From positions 1 through 52,422 of IMG/VR virus record IMGVR_UViG_3300032216_001635: a stretch of 52,422 nucleotides of DNA. One strand, given 5' to 3'. Under the pieces are notes generated by a model, which saw nothing but the letters and a program-made list of their open reading frames with translations, was not told the origin of the DNA and did not search any database. The position numbers were made by a program, and so were the translations under genes. Of the stretch, positions 8,490 to 21,300 are shown in pieces; positions within the stretch are counted from its first letter, which is position 1, and each line of letters starts with the position of its first letter. This DNA comes from a virus. Its lineage: Duplodnaviria > Caudoviricetes.

Positions 8490-9256
8490 TGAAATTTGTA
8501 AAACGTCTAAACTTAAACCACAAGCGAGCATCAAGCCCTCAGTTCGCTATGGAAACCGATCAACGAATTGAAACTAACTCTGCTGTCAGTTTACAACTTC
8601 CATCTGGTACAAAACAACAACGTCCAACAACGTACAAAAACGGCCAGTTACGTTACAGTAAAACTCTACAAGAAATTGAAGCATACGTTAATGGTGAGTG
8701 GGAAGTTATTAGAACTGTACGCCAACCTAACATCATTTACAAAACATATAGTGGTGCAAACTATCTAAACACTATTTTTGGCCCACTTGATTACGACATT
8801 GATACTGGTAAGCCGCAAAACATTCAAGTGTTTATTGAAAACGTTCCACAACTACCTGACACGCAAAATATTCCAGGAAGTTATAATGTTGCAGGTAATT
8901 ATACATTAGTTTATAATCCGCAGGTAACTGCTACTATTACTACACCTGTAGTTGTTGGCGCCATTACACTAAATTTAAATACCCTAAAAGATATTCAAGG
9001 TGGTATCAGTCAACGTATTTCAGGTAATGGAATTCAAGCTGGTACTGTTATACAATCAGTTACAAACACTCTTACAAATACAGTACGTTTAAGTTTGCCG
9101 ACCAACGGTGCTATTAACACTACAACTGTTTTGTTATTCAGTTTTTCAACAGGTACTTACGTACAATTCACCGGTCCTGCGCCTTCAAAAGCAGTTTATA
9201 CTATCCTAGGTATGGACGGATACGGACCAACTCCAAATGGGCTTTTTGAGTCCTAA
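8489..9256 (+). CDS. Structural protein with a tail-fibre/baseplate-type motif
   Basis: LQLPSGTKQQRP...GQLRYS...IEAYVNGEW motif typical of T4-like fibre proteins; TAATG translational coupling. Confidence 0.6.
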   Translation: MKFVKRLNLNHKRASSPQFAMETDQRIETNSAVSLQLPSGTKQQRPTTYKNGQLRYSKTLQEIEAYVNGEWEVIRTVRQPNIIYKTYSGANYLNTIFGPLDYDIDTGKPQNIQVFIENVPQLPDTQNIPGSYNVAGNYTLVYNPQVTATITTPVVVGAITLNLNTLKDIQGGISQRISGNGIQAGTVIQSVTNTLTNTVRLSLPTNGAINTTTVLLFSFSTGTYVQFTGPAPSKAVYTILGMDGYGPTPNGLFES

Positions 9257-9280
9257 TCCCCTAGTTTTAACTACATAGAA

Positions 9281-9286
9281 TAAATA
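9281..9286 (+). promoter_or_regulatory. Putative late promoter (TAAATA) preceding a ~90-nt structured leader
   Basis: Intergenic TAAATA upstream of the giant gene. Confidence 0.65.
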
Positions 9287-9379
9287 TATGTGATGCCGGC
9301 GTTCGGCAGAACATACTGTGGTAAACCCGCAATGAAAGGTGGTTATCCGTGAAACTCGGTGTATAAGGAGCTCGTTAGC

Positions 9380-12300
9380 ATGGCCATAGGTCGCATTACA
9401 GGTCCGCTCTTAGCAAGTAATTTACTAAGAGACGGAATAGACTTACAAGTCGAAAATGGATTACTTTATCTAGACGTTACTAATGGACGCATAGGTGTTA
9501 AGACACAAGCTCCCGCATACGACTTAGACGTAAACGGAACAATACACGCAACTAAACTAATTGTTGATAGCACATCAACATTAGGTCTTTTAACAGTTTC
9601 CAAAACAGGCACAAGTGCTACAATTAGCACGGTTAGCGGTCCGCTAAACATCACTGCCGCACCAAATCAAACAGTATTTGTTGGAACAAACACCACAATC
9701 GGTGGCGATCTACACGCTACTGGAAATATCACAGCAGACGGAAATATTACCCTAGGTAATCAACAAGGTGTTGATACATTAACTATTGGCGCAGAAATTG
9801 TTAGCGATATTTTACCTAAGACGGGCGCAACATACAACATTGGTAGTACTGCTAACAATTGGTTAAATGGATATTTTGCTAATGTAATTGCAGGCGACCT
9901 TGGTATTTCTGGAGACACCATTGCTCCACTCACACCCGGCGCTCAAATCAATATTGGTCGAACACCTGTACAAGATGTTAACGTTACTCCAGTTACAAAT
10001 CCAATAGTTAATATTAACGGCCCAATTAGAGTATGGGGAGACAACCCATTGGGTACTGCTCCTGTAACTGCAAACGTATTATATGTTTCAATGGACGGAG
10101 CCGACACCAATGACGGCCGTGCCGCAGATCCAAGTCGTGCTTGCCGTACAATTAAAGGCGCAACAAGAAGTCCTTTCTACAAAGAAGGTACAAGCATTAA
10201 AGTTGCTCCTGGTCGCTATTTAGAAGATAATCCAATTGTATTAAAACCTTATACATCTGTTATTGGTAGCGACTTACGTACAACAGACGTTGAACCTATT
10301 AATAAAACACGTGACTTATTTCATGTAAACTCTGGTTGCTATGTAGCACAGATGCGTATGTTAAATGGTCGCTCTGGTCTATTGCCAGGAAGCTATGGAT
10401 ATAAAGAAGGCAACAATAGAGGTGCGTATGCAACAGCGTTCCCTCAAAGTTACAACGGCGCCAAACTTGACCTATTCCATTCACCATACATTCAGAACTG
10501 TTCAAATCAATCTGGTCCATGGTTGTATGATGGCACAATGTTTATTCCTAATCAAACAGTTCAAGTTCCGGAAGCAGTTGGAACAACTTCTTATGCAATC
10601 AACACAAACTCGATTGTAGTTACAGTTTCTTCAGGTAGTATATATGTTGGCCAGTCTGTTAATGCTGGCCCGCAAGATCCTGGATATTTTGCCGCACGTA
10701 CCTTAATGCTGGCCAACAAATCTTTTGTTGCAGAACAAGTAATTGCCTACATTGATCAAACTTACGGCGGACCGTTCCAATACAATTCAGCTAAGTGTAC
10801 ACGCGACACGGGATTAATTGTCGATGGCCTAGCACTAGATACTTTATATGCTGGCACAAGTCAAACTGTGTTTGCAGGTTTACAATACTGGAATCAAAGT
10901 GGCTACGTTGGTTCAGTTGGTGGCGAAGTTACTACAACAACCGCCGCAGTTAATTGGATTTCAAGTCTAACACAAAGTATTATTTTAGGACAAAGTGTCT
11001 CGTTTACATATCAAAATACTGTAACACAAGTTACAGGTTTACCTCAAGGTAATAGTGCAGACGTTGCCGCAGTGGTTAAAGATTTTAAAGTAATTACAGA
11101 TATTATTACAACAGGTACAACGGCTGTAACAGATAAGATTGTACCTAACGGTGAAATTACAACAGCATCGCACACACTCAATGCGTATGCGGCGCTACAA
11201 GCCAACCGCAGTTTCTTACAAGCAGAAGCTATTGCATACGTTGAAGCAAATAAGAGTACAGGCTACACATACGATCAAGCAAAATGTCAACGTGACACTG
11301 GGTTGATTGTTGATGCACTTGCACAAGATTTATTGTTTGGTGGAGCAAGTCAGGCAACATTTGCCGGCATTCAATACTGGAACCAATACAACTATGTTGG
11401 AGCCATTGCTAGCGAGCTAACAACTACAACTAGTGCAATTGCCTATGTAAGTAGTTTAGCACAAAAAATGATTACCAACGACACTAGTGGTACTCGTTAT
11501 CAAACAACTGTAACACAAGTTACAAGTGTTAATGTTGGTACACTACTAGAACAAAATAAACTTGCCGCCAACTTTGGACTTATTTTAAATGTTTTAAACA
11601 ACGGCGTTGCTGGAATTACAGATGAAATTGTACCTAATAGTTTAGATTCAGATACAAATCCAGATGTTATTAATGCATACGCATTATTACAAGCTAACAA
11701 AGCCTATATTCAAGCAGAAGTTATTGCTTATGTAGAAAATATTAAGACAGGCGGATTTACATATAATCAAGCAACTTGTTACAGAGACGTCGGGTACATG
11801 CTAGACAGCGTGAGCTTTGACTTATTGTATGGCGGTAACCGACAATCAATTCAATCTGGTGTTTACTATTATGGATATAGCACAACATCAAGTGCTATCT
11901 ATGGTCAACAAACACAAACACAAGACGCATACAATAGAATTAAATCTATTGTTCAAGATATTGTTTTAGGTATTGCAATTCCTACAACATATCAATATGA
12001 TATTCCTCAAGTAACTAGTTTAACAAAAGGTACAAGTGCTGAAGCAACTATTATTGCTACTGACATAGATGTTATTACTAATATTATTGCAAATGGACCT
12101 AGCGTAGTAAGTGCTAAAACTCCTATTGTAGCTACTCGTAGCACAGACCCACACGTAATTGCCGCGGCAAAAATGCTAGAAGCAAACCGTGCATTTATCC
12201 AAGCTGAAACCACTGCTTACATTAATGCCAAATATGGAATCTATGATCAAGTTAAATGCCTACGTGACAGCAAATTAATTGTCGATGCATTAGCATTTGA

Positions 12301-15300
12301 CATGCTGTATCCAACCGCAACAGATAGCCAATCTACATTTGCCGCATTACAATATTGGAACCAGGGCGATTACATCAAACCAGTTAACAGTGAAATTACA
12401 ACTACAACTAATGCTATTTTATTCTTAAGCAAATTAGCAAAGAAAGTTGTAACAGGTAGTACAGCAGGAGCTCGTTATCAAAGCGATGTACCTCAAATAA
12501 CAACATTAACTCCTGCAACTGCAACCGAAGCGACAGCAATTGCCAATGACTTTGGTACAATACTTACTATTCTAAATAATGGTACAGCCGGAGTAACTGA
12601 TTTAATTGTACCAAACTCAACCGCTAGCGTTGTAACAAATACAGTTAATGCCTACAATTTATTAAACGCTAACCGTGCATACATGCAGTCTGAAGTTGTT
12701 GCCTATGTTGATGCAATTCGTGGCACATTTCCGTACAACCATGTTAAGTGCGAACGCGACACAAGATTAATTGTTGATGCGCTAGTACAAGACTTATTGT
12801 TTACAGGTCTAAGTCAGTCTACATTTGCCGCATTGAGCTACTGGAATCAAACATCAAGTTCTATTCCTGGCGAAGTAAGCACAACTACAAATACAATTAA
12901 CTATATCAGTTCTCTAGCACAGAAAGTTATTTTAAATGATACTTCTGGTCGTAGATATCAAAGTGCAATTTCACAAGACACAAGCATAACTGCCGCAACA
13001 TCAGCACAAGCCGCGGTACTTGCTAGCGAATTTGCTACAATTACTGATATTATAACTAATGGTACAGCACACGTAACAGATAAGATTGTTCCTAATGATA
13101 TTAATGCACGTAACGATATCCAAACAGTTCGTGCTTACACAATCTTACAAGCTAACAAAACATATCTACAGGCAGAAGCTGTAGCCTATGTCGAAGCAAC
13201 TAAGACTTTAGGATTTACATACAACAGTTCAACTTGTTCAAGAGATATTGGTTACATGGTTGACTCTGTATCTTTTGACTTACTGTACAATGGTAATCGC
13301 CAAGCAATTCAGTCAGGTGTTTACTATTACAACTTTGATGGCACAACAGCAACACCAAATGAAATAACTCAAGTTGTTGCGGCATACGACCATTTAAAGA
13401 CTATGGTGGTTAGCATTATACAAGGTCTACTAATTAATAGTCCATACCAAACTTGGGAACTACAGTCTACATCAGGTCTTGCAGGATCTGTCTCAGAAGT
13501 AATTACTGTACAAAGTGCAATTGACACCATTAAGAATATTATTCAAAATGGTCCAAGTCAGGCGCCTCCATACAGCCCTATTAGCTTAACAAAGAGTGCA
13601 AACCCAAACATAATCAATGCGGCCAATTTCTTACACAACAATAAAGAATTTATTGCTCAAGAAATAACTGCGTTCATTGATGCTTCTTACAATAACAATA
13701 CATTCACGTACAATCAAAAGAAATGCGAACGTGACACAGGATTAATTGTTGATGCTATTGCACAAGATTTATACTTTGGCGGAACAAGCCAATCAACATT
13801 TGCAGGTATCCAATACTGGAATCAAACAGCCTACACTGGTGCAATTGGTAGTGAAATTACAACTACAACTAATGCAATTAATTATGTAAGTCAGTTAGCA
13901 CAGAAGATTGTGTTAAACGATATTAGCGGCCAACGTTACACAACTGGCACTCAAATAACTATTGCCAGTGCAACTGGTAGCGGTGTTGATGTGAATAACA
14001 TTACTGCTGAATTTAAAATTATTACTGATGTTCTAACTACAGGGACAACAGGTGTATCAAATAAGATTGTTCCAAACAGCATTGAACCAACATCGACGCA
14101 GTCAACATTAAATGCCTACGCATTATTGCAGGCAAACAAAGCGTATCTACAAGCAGAAGCAGTAGCCTATGTTGAATCGACTAAGACACCAGGGTTTGTT
14201 TATAATCAAACTAAGTGTTCTCGTGATATTGGTTACATGGTTGACTCAATTTCATTCGACTTAAAATGGGGCGGAAACCGTCAAGCGTACCAAAGCGCAG
14301 TATATTATTTTAATCATAACGGAAACTCAAGTGCTATTCCTGGAGAAAGTGTACAGGTATTAGATGCATACAGTTATCTAAAAACTCTAGTAGGAAGTAT
14401 TGTTGCGGCTATTCCAGTTACTCCAAAACAATCAGACATTACACAAATCTCTAATCTATCGCCTGGAACCAACAATGAAATTACCGGTGCTCAAGCTAAG
14501 GTAGATATCATTACAGGAATTATTACTAACGGTCCTGGAACTGCATCAGCCGCTGTACCAATTCCATTAACACCAAGTGCTACTGCCAGTGTGTATAATG
14601 CGGCAAAATTATTAGAAGTTAATCGTGCATTCATCCAAGCAGAGGTAACTGCCTATATCAATCAGAAATACAATGTGTTCACGTACAACGAAGACAAGTG
14701 CTATCGTGATACAGGCTACATGATTGATTCGATCGCATTCGACTTGCTACATGGTGGTAACCGTCAAGCAGTTCAGTCAGGTGTTTACTACTATGGATTT
14801 AATAGTGCGGCAAGTGCAATCCCTGGAGAAATTCCACAGACTATTGCGGCCTACAATAGAATTAAAACAATCATTGGTTCGATTGTGTCAGGTCAAACTA
14901 TTGCCAAGACACCAGGTAACGCATATACTCAAATAACAAACTTGCCAATTGCAAGTCAATTGCAAATTACACAATTACGTTCTAAAGTTGATAAAATAAC
15001 AGGCATTATTAACATCGGACCTGCTATTGCTGGAGCACCGACTCCAATAAGCCTAACTGCAAGTACAGATCCTAATGCACAAAAGGCATTTAATTATCTA
15101 TTAGCTAACCGAGACTTTATTGCCGCAGAAGTAGTTGCGTATGTTAATGCAACCTATGGCACAGCATTTGAATACGATCAAGCAAAATGCTATCGTGATG
15201 TTGGTTACATGATTGACTGTGTAAGTTTTGACTTACTACGCGGCGGGAATCGCCAAGCGATACAAGCTGGTACCTTATATTTTGGGTACGACAGTAACTC

Positions 15301-18300
15301 TACACAGCTAATTAATGAGCTTACACAGACTCTTCAAGCCTATGAGTATCTAGCAAAGCTAGTTAGTTCAGTGGTTCAGAGCCAGGCAGTGAGCAGTTTC
15401 TATCAGTCAGAAGTTCCACAAGTGTTAAATGAAGGTGCCGCAGGAAGTGCGTCAATTGCGTCAGAGCTTGTTTCTACAATTGAATTAATGTCACGTATTA
15501 TTAATGACGGACCTAGCGTTGCACCCGCATTAATTCCAATTAGTTTAACGCCATCTGGAAGTGCCGATCGTGCAAACGCTTACGCATTATTAAATGCTAA
15601 CCGTGCGTTTATTGTTGCAGAATTAATTGCATTTACAAATACACTACCTAACTTTATCTACAAGAAAGAAAAGTGTTCACGTGATGTTTCTATTATTATT
15701 GAAAATTTAGTGTATGATGCATCGTTTGGCGGAAATGCAAAAGCAATTGAAACCGGATTGGGATATTACAACGGTGTTACTAGTGTGATTCCAAATGAAG
15801 GAACACAAACAATTGGTGCAATTAATTATATTAATACTCTAGCAAACTATATTATTAATAATCAAGTTGCTCCTAATCTAATTGGTAGCACAGCAACTTA
15901 TTCACAAGTTATTAATACTGCAATGGTTGGCGGTGGCATTGCCGCAGATGCAATTACTAACGGTGTTAGTATTGTTAACAACATTATTGCTAACGGTCCT
16001 GGTGTTGCACCAGAGAGCTTTATTGGTTGTGCAGTAGATCCAGCATACATGAGTGCTGAAATTCTATTACAAACAAATCGCGGATTTATTCAAGATGAAA
16101 TTGTAGAATTTGTAAATCAAAGTTTCTTAAACTTCCCATACAATTCTGCAAAATGCCAGCGTGATACTGGATTAATTGTTGACGCAGTAGCTTTTGACTT
16201 ATTATATCCAACAACAAATAATAGTCAAACAACATTTGCTGGTATCCAGTATTGGAAACAAAACAACTACACTGGTACAATCGGTACTGAAATAACTACA
16301 ACAACTAATGCAATTAGTTGGCTAAAAACATTAGCACAAAAAGTTATCTTAAATGATACTACAGGTGTACGTTATCAAAACAATACATCGCAAGTAACAG
16401 TTAGTGGTGCTCCGGGTACTGCGGCTGAAGTTACTCTAGTCGGTGCTGACTTTGATATTATATCAGAAATTATTAATTATAACACAGTTACTGGTCTTCC
16501 TATAACTGACGGTATTGTACCTAACGGCGTAGCTAATACGTCTATATCAATTAACAATGCGTATGCATTATTAAATGCTAACCGTGCTTACCTACAGGCA
16601 GAAACAGTTGCGTATGTTGAAGCAACAAAGACAGCCGGATTTACATACGATATTAACAAATGTTATCGTGATGCAGGTTATATGGTTGACTCAGTGGCAT
16701 TTGACTTATTGCATGGCGGTAATCGTCAAGCAGTTCAGTCAGGTGTTTACTACTATTCACACACTGGCGGCGCTACACAGATTCCAGGTCAATCAGCAGA
16801 GACAATTGATGCCTTTAATCATATTAGAGATGTATCTGCATTACTAATAAGAGGCCAAACAGTTACTCCAACTGCTGGCAATGTAACAACTCCAGTTACT
16901 GGACTACCTGTTGCATCTGTTGCAGAAGTAACCGCATTACAGAGCAAATTTAATAACATCACTGCAATTATTTCTGGTGGTGCAAGTGTTGCTCCAGATC
17001 CAACTAGCATTAATTTAACAGCAAGTGCTAACGTTAATCTAAAACGCACATTTGATATTTTATTAGCAAACAGAGATTTCTTAAAAGCAGAAATGGTTGC
17101 GTATGTTAACGACAAATACAACAATTCTGGATTTACATATAATCAAGATCTGTGCCACAGAGATGTTGGATTAATTGTTGATGCTATATCTCATGATATT
17201 TTATTAGGCGGAAATCATAAGAGTATTGAAGCTGGTGTATCTTATTGGCAGTTTGCAGTCAACGCAGTAGCTGGACAAGAAAGTCAAACAGCCGCAGCCT
17301 ATGAGTATGCAAAAACAATTTGTCAAAAGGTTGTGTCTAATATTCTTGTAACTAATAAACTTTCAACTGCTGAACAAAAAATTAATACATTCTTTGAAAA
17401 CGGTGATGCGGCTGTACCAATTATTAATCGTTGCTTTGATATTATTTTAAACATTATTGTAAACGGACCATCGGCGGCACCTGAACAATATGACGGATCT
17501 GGATTCTTTGTTACACGATTTGATCCAATCATTGATAACGTTAATTTTGCACCCACAGTTGTTAAGGTAGAAAGTTTAGGTAACAATCAATATAGAGTTG
17601 GCCTAAGTCAAAATACAGTCGGTGTAGGAACAAACATATCTTTATACTTTGGTCAAACAAGTGTGTATCCAACATTAGATAAAGACGTTCCTGCTCAATG
17701 GGCACAGCGTAAAATTGATCCTCAAGGTTCAATGGGTGGTAGTCTAGTCGACGGTGCAGTAATCAGCGATCGTTCACCGATTCAATCGTTTGTTTATGAT
17801 GCGTTTACGCAAATTAACCAAGGCGGTGTTGGTATTAAGATTACCAACAATGGCTATGCACAGTTAGTTTCTGTGTTTACGATTTTCTGTAGCAAATCCG
17901 TAGTTGTAGATAACGGCGGTATCTGTTCTATTACTAACTCAAACGCCAACTTTGGTGATTTCTGTCTGATTGCCAAGGGCTTTGGCAAACTAAGTTTCTT
18001 TGGTGAAGTGTATAACCCGCCAGTCGCTCCTTACTATCCAAATGGTGTGTTCCCACAAAATCAGATCGTTGAAGTTTATTGCCCAGATCCAGCAACTCGA
18101 CCACACATTGGTCTTGTAATGGAAGTTGTTGCACCAGAAGGCTACAAAAATGCACAGGGCTTGCCAGGATTTATTGCGGCAGCACCTACAACATCAACAC
18201 TAACAACCGGCACAGTTACTATTGGCGGTATTGACAACACAGGTATTGCAATTGGACAAAATGTTTATGTTCGTGACCAGTATGGCTCATACACTGATAT

Positions 18301-21300
18301 TAATGGTGTACGTTATGCATCTTCAACTACTGTTGTTTCGGATGTTGATTTTGCAAGCATCTCATTAAGCGAAGCATTGCAAACTGGCGGTGGCGATCCT
18401 GCAAATCCAAATTACTTTACTGTTTATGTTTCAGGTAATGCTTACTATACTGTATTAGGTAGTACACTTGCTCCCGATCCACTACCTCCAGGACAATCAT
18501 TTATTAGTGCCGCAATTAATTCTACTGGCAACGATAATACAAGTCAGGAAGTACAAGCAATCACCTATCTAGCTCAAATTGCAGATAAGATTGCAGTCAA
18601 CGAACGAGTAACAACTTTACAAAATACAGCAACACAGACTATTAGTCTTGCGCTTCGTGGCGGGGATGTTGCAGTTCCTACAATTAACACATTGTTTGAT
18701 ACACTTTCAACCATTATAACAGGCGGACTAAATGCCGCCCCTACAGTAGTTAGATCTGGATTGACATCAGACGGTGCGGCTAGTGCGGCATCGTTATTGT
18801 TACAAAACAAAAAGTTTATTCAAGCTGAAATTATAGAATACCTAGATAATCAGTATTTTGTATATGATCACAAAACATGTGCTCGCGATCTTGGATATAT
18901 TTTAGACGGATTTGGTTGGGATGCAATTTATCAAACCAATTATCAAGCTCGTAAATGCGGCAATGCTTACCAACGTGCTACAAGTGCGTATGTTTTAGAA
19001 ACAGAAAAACCACAAACAGTTGATGCTATTGCTCATATTGCATCTATCACTGCTAACTTAGCAGGTATTAGTACTGTTGGGTCTGCTATTAGTAACATTA
19101 CTAACGGCTCAACTGCAATTCAAAATATTATTAATAATGGCACAAGTTCTCAGCCAGCATTAGTACTAACTGATCCTCCAGGATTAGGAGCAGGAATAAG
19201 TTCTGCAAAAACTTTAATTTTACAAAACTTAAATTTCCTTAAAGCAGAAACGATTGCATGGATTGATGCTAAGTTTCCAACATTTACTTATGATGCAACT
19301 AAGTGCAAACGAGATATTGGGTATGTATTAGATGCATTAGCCGCAGATATTGTTACTGGTTCAAACTATCGTGCAATTAAAGCTGGCCAAGCATACTATC
19401 GTGGCAATGCACCGGGCGTTGTTGCAAACGAACTTAGCGAAACGGTAGGAGCATTTAACTATGTTAAAGGTTTAGTTAATTCGTTAACTAAAGTAGCCGC
19501 AAGTTCAACAGCTACTACTTCTGTTATTACTGGTATTAATACTATTACTAACATTTTAACAAATGGATTAGGGGTAAGTCCAGAAGCAGTATATCCATTA
19601 CCTGCCGGTATAGACACAGGTGTTGCAAGTGCAAGTCAATTGATTCAAGGTAACATTCCGTTCATTCAAGCAGAAGTTGAAGGATATGTTAATACTAACT
19701 TTGGCGGATTTACTTATAATCAACCTAAGTGCTATCGCGATACTGGTTTGATTGTTGATGCGATTGCACAAGATATTTTATTCAACGGTACAAGTCAATC
19801 ACAGTTTGCTGGATTGCAGTACTGGAATCAAAATGGTTACACAGGATCTATTGCTAGCGAATTAACAACAACTTCAAATGCAATTTCATACGTAAGTAGT
19901 CTAGCACAAAAAGTTATCTTAAATGATACGTCAGGTGTTCGTTATCAATCAGCTGTATCACAAAATACAGGACTACCTGCCGCAACTGCCGCACAAGCAA
20001 CTACTATTGCTACAGACTTTGGTGTAATTTTAAATATTTTAAACAATGGCACCGCAGGCGTAACTGATATTATTGTACCAAACGGATTAACTTCAAGTGC
20101 TAGCGTAAACGTTCAATATGCTTACGCAATACTACAAGCTAATAAGGCGTATTTAGAAGCAGAAGCAGTTGCGTTTGTTGAAGCAACTAAGAGTGTAGGA
20201 TTTGTTTATAATCAAAGCACCTGTGCTCGTGATGTAGGATACATGATTGATTCTGTTAGTGTTGACTTGTTGTACGGCGGCAACAGACAAGCTGTTCAGT
20301 CTGGTGTATACTATTACGGTTTCTCAGGAACATCTAGTGCTATTCCAAACGAAAGCATTCAAACATTACAAGCATATAACCATATTAAAGCTATTGTACC
20401 TAGCATTGTTCAAGGTATTGCAATTACTACCTATCAAAATGCAGTATCTCAAGTTACAAACTTAACTCCTGGCGGAGCAAGTCAAGGAACTACGGCACAA
20501 GCCAAGGTAGATGTTATTACAAACATTATTACTAATGGTCCTACTGCGGCAGGCGCAAAGACTCCAATTGGATTAACGCAATCTGCAAATGGCAATGACG
20601 TTAATGCCGCAATATTGTTAGAAGCTAACCGTGCGTTTATTCAAGCTGAGGTAATTGCTTACATTAATGCAACTTATCCAAGTGGCTTTACATATGATCG
20701 TGCTAAGTGCAAACGTGATGTTAAATTCTTAACACAAGCATTAATTTACGATATTACCTATGGCGGTAACGCAATGAGTGTTGACGCGTCACTACAATAT
20801 TGGGACAGCTCAAACAACAACGTTTCAACTATTCCAAATGAACGTGTTCAAACTGCGGCCGCTATTAACTATATCAATACTGTATTACAGAAAGTTATTA
20901 GAAATACTGCACCAACTACAAGTTACTCAACTGCAACTCAGTATATTAACACTGGTTTAACATTGGGTGCTAATGCAGATAGTACGATTGCCGGCCTTGT
21001 AACTTCGATGAGTAATATTGTAAGTAGTGGGCCATCAGCGGCACCGCTAATTAACGACATTACAATTACAGCAAATGCCACACTAGCAACAGCGGCCACC
21101 GCGATTGAGGACAACAAGTATTCATTTGCAAGTCAAACCATAACATGGATTAACGAAACTTATAGCATCTTTACATATAATAAAGAAACATGTAAACGTG
21201 ATATACAGTTTATTGTCGAAGCAATGGTATATGACTTAGTATACGGTGGAAACTGGCAAACAGTTGATGCTGGATTATTATATTGGAACGGAACAGTAAG

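Noticed and set aside
9311-9364. Assignment of the leader to the c-di-GMP-I riboswitch or hammerhead ribozyme
   Set aside because: The resemblance is superficial (GGTAAACC, GAAA). The GCAAAG/P2 elements and the CUGAUGA core are absent, so it is kept as an unassigned structure.
9359-9379. GTG start at 9359 from the ORF track
   Set aside because: The SD AAGGAG at 9365-9370 lies downstream of it and is well spaced for ATG 9380.
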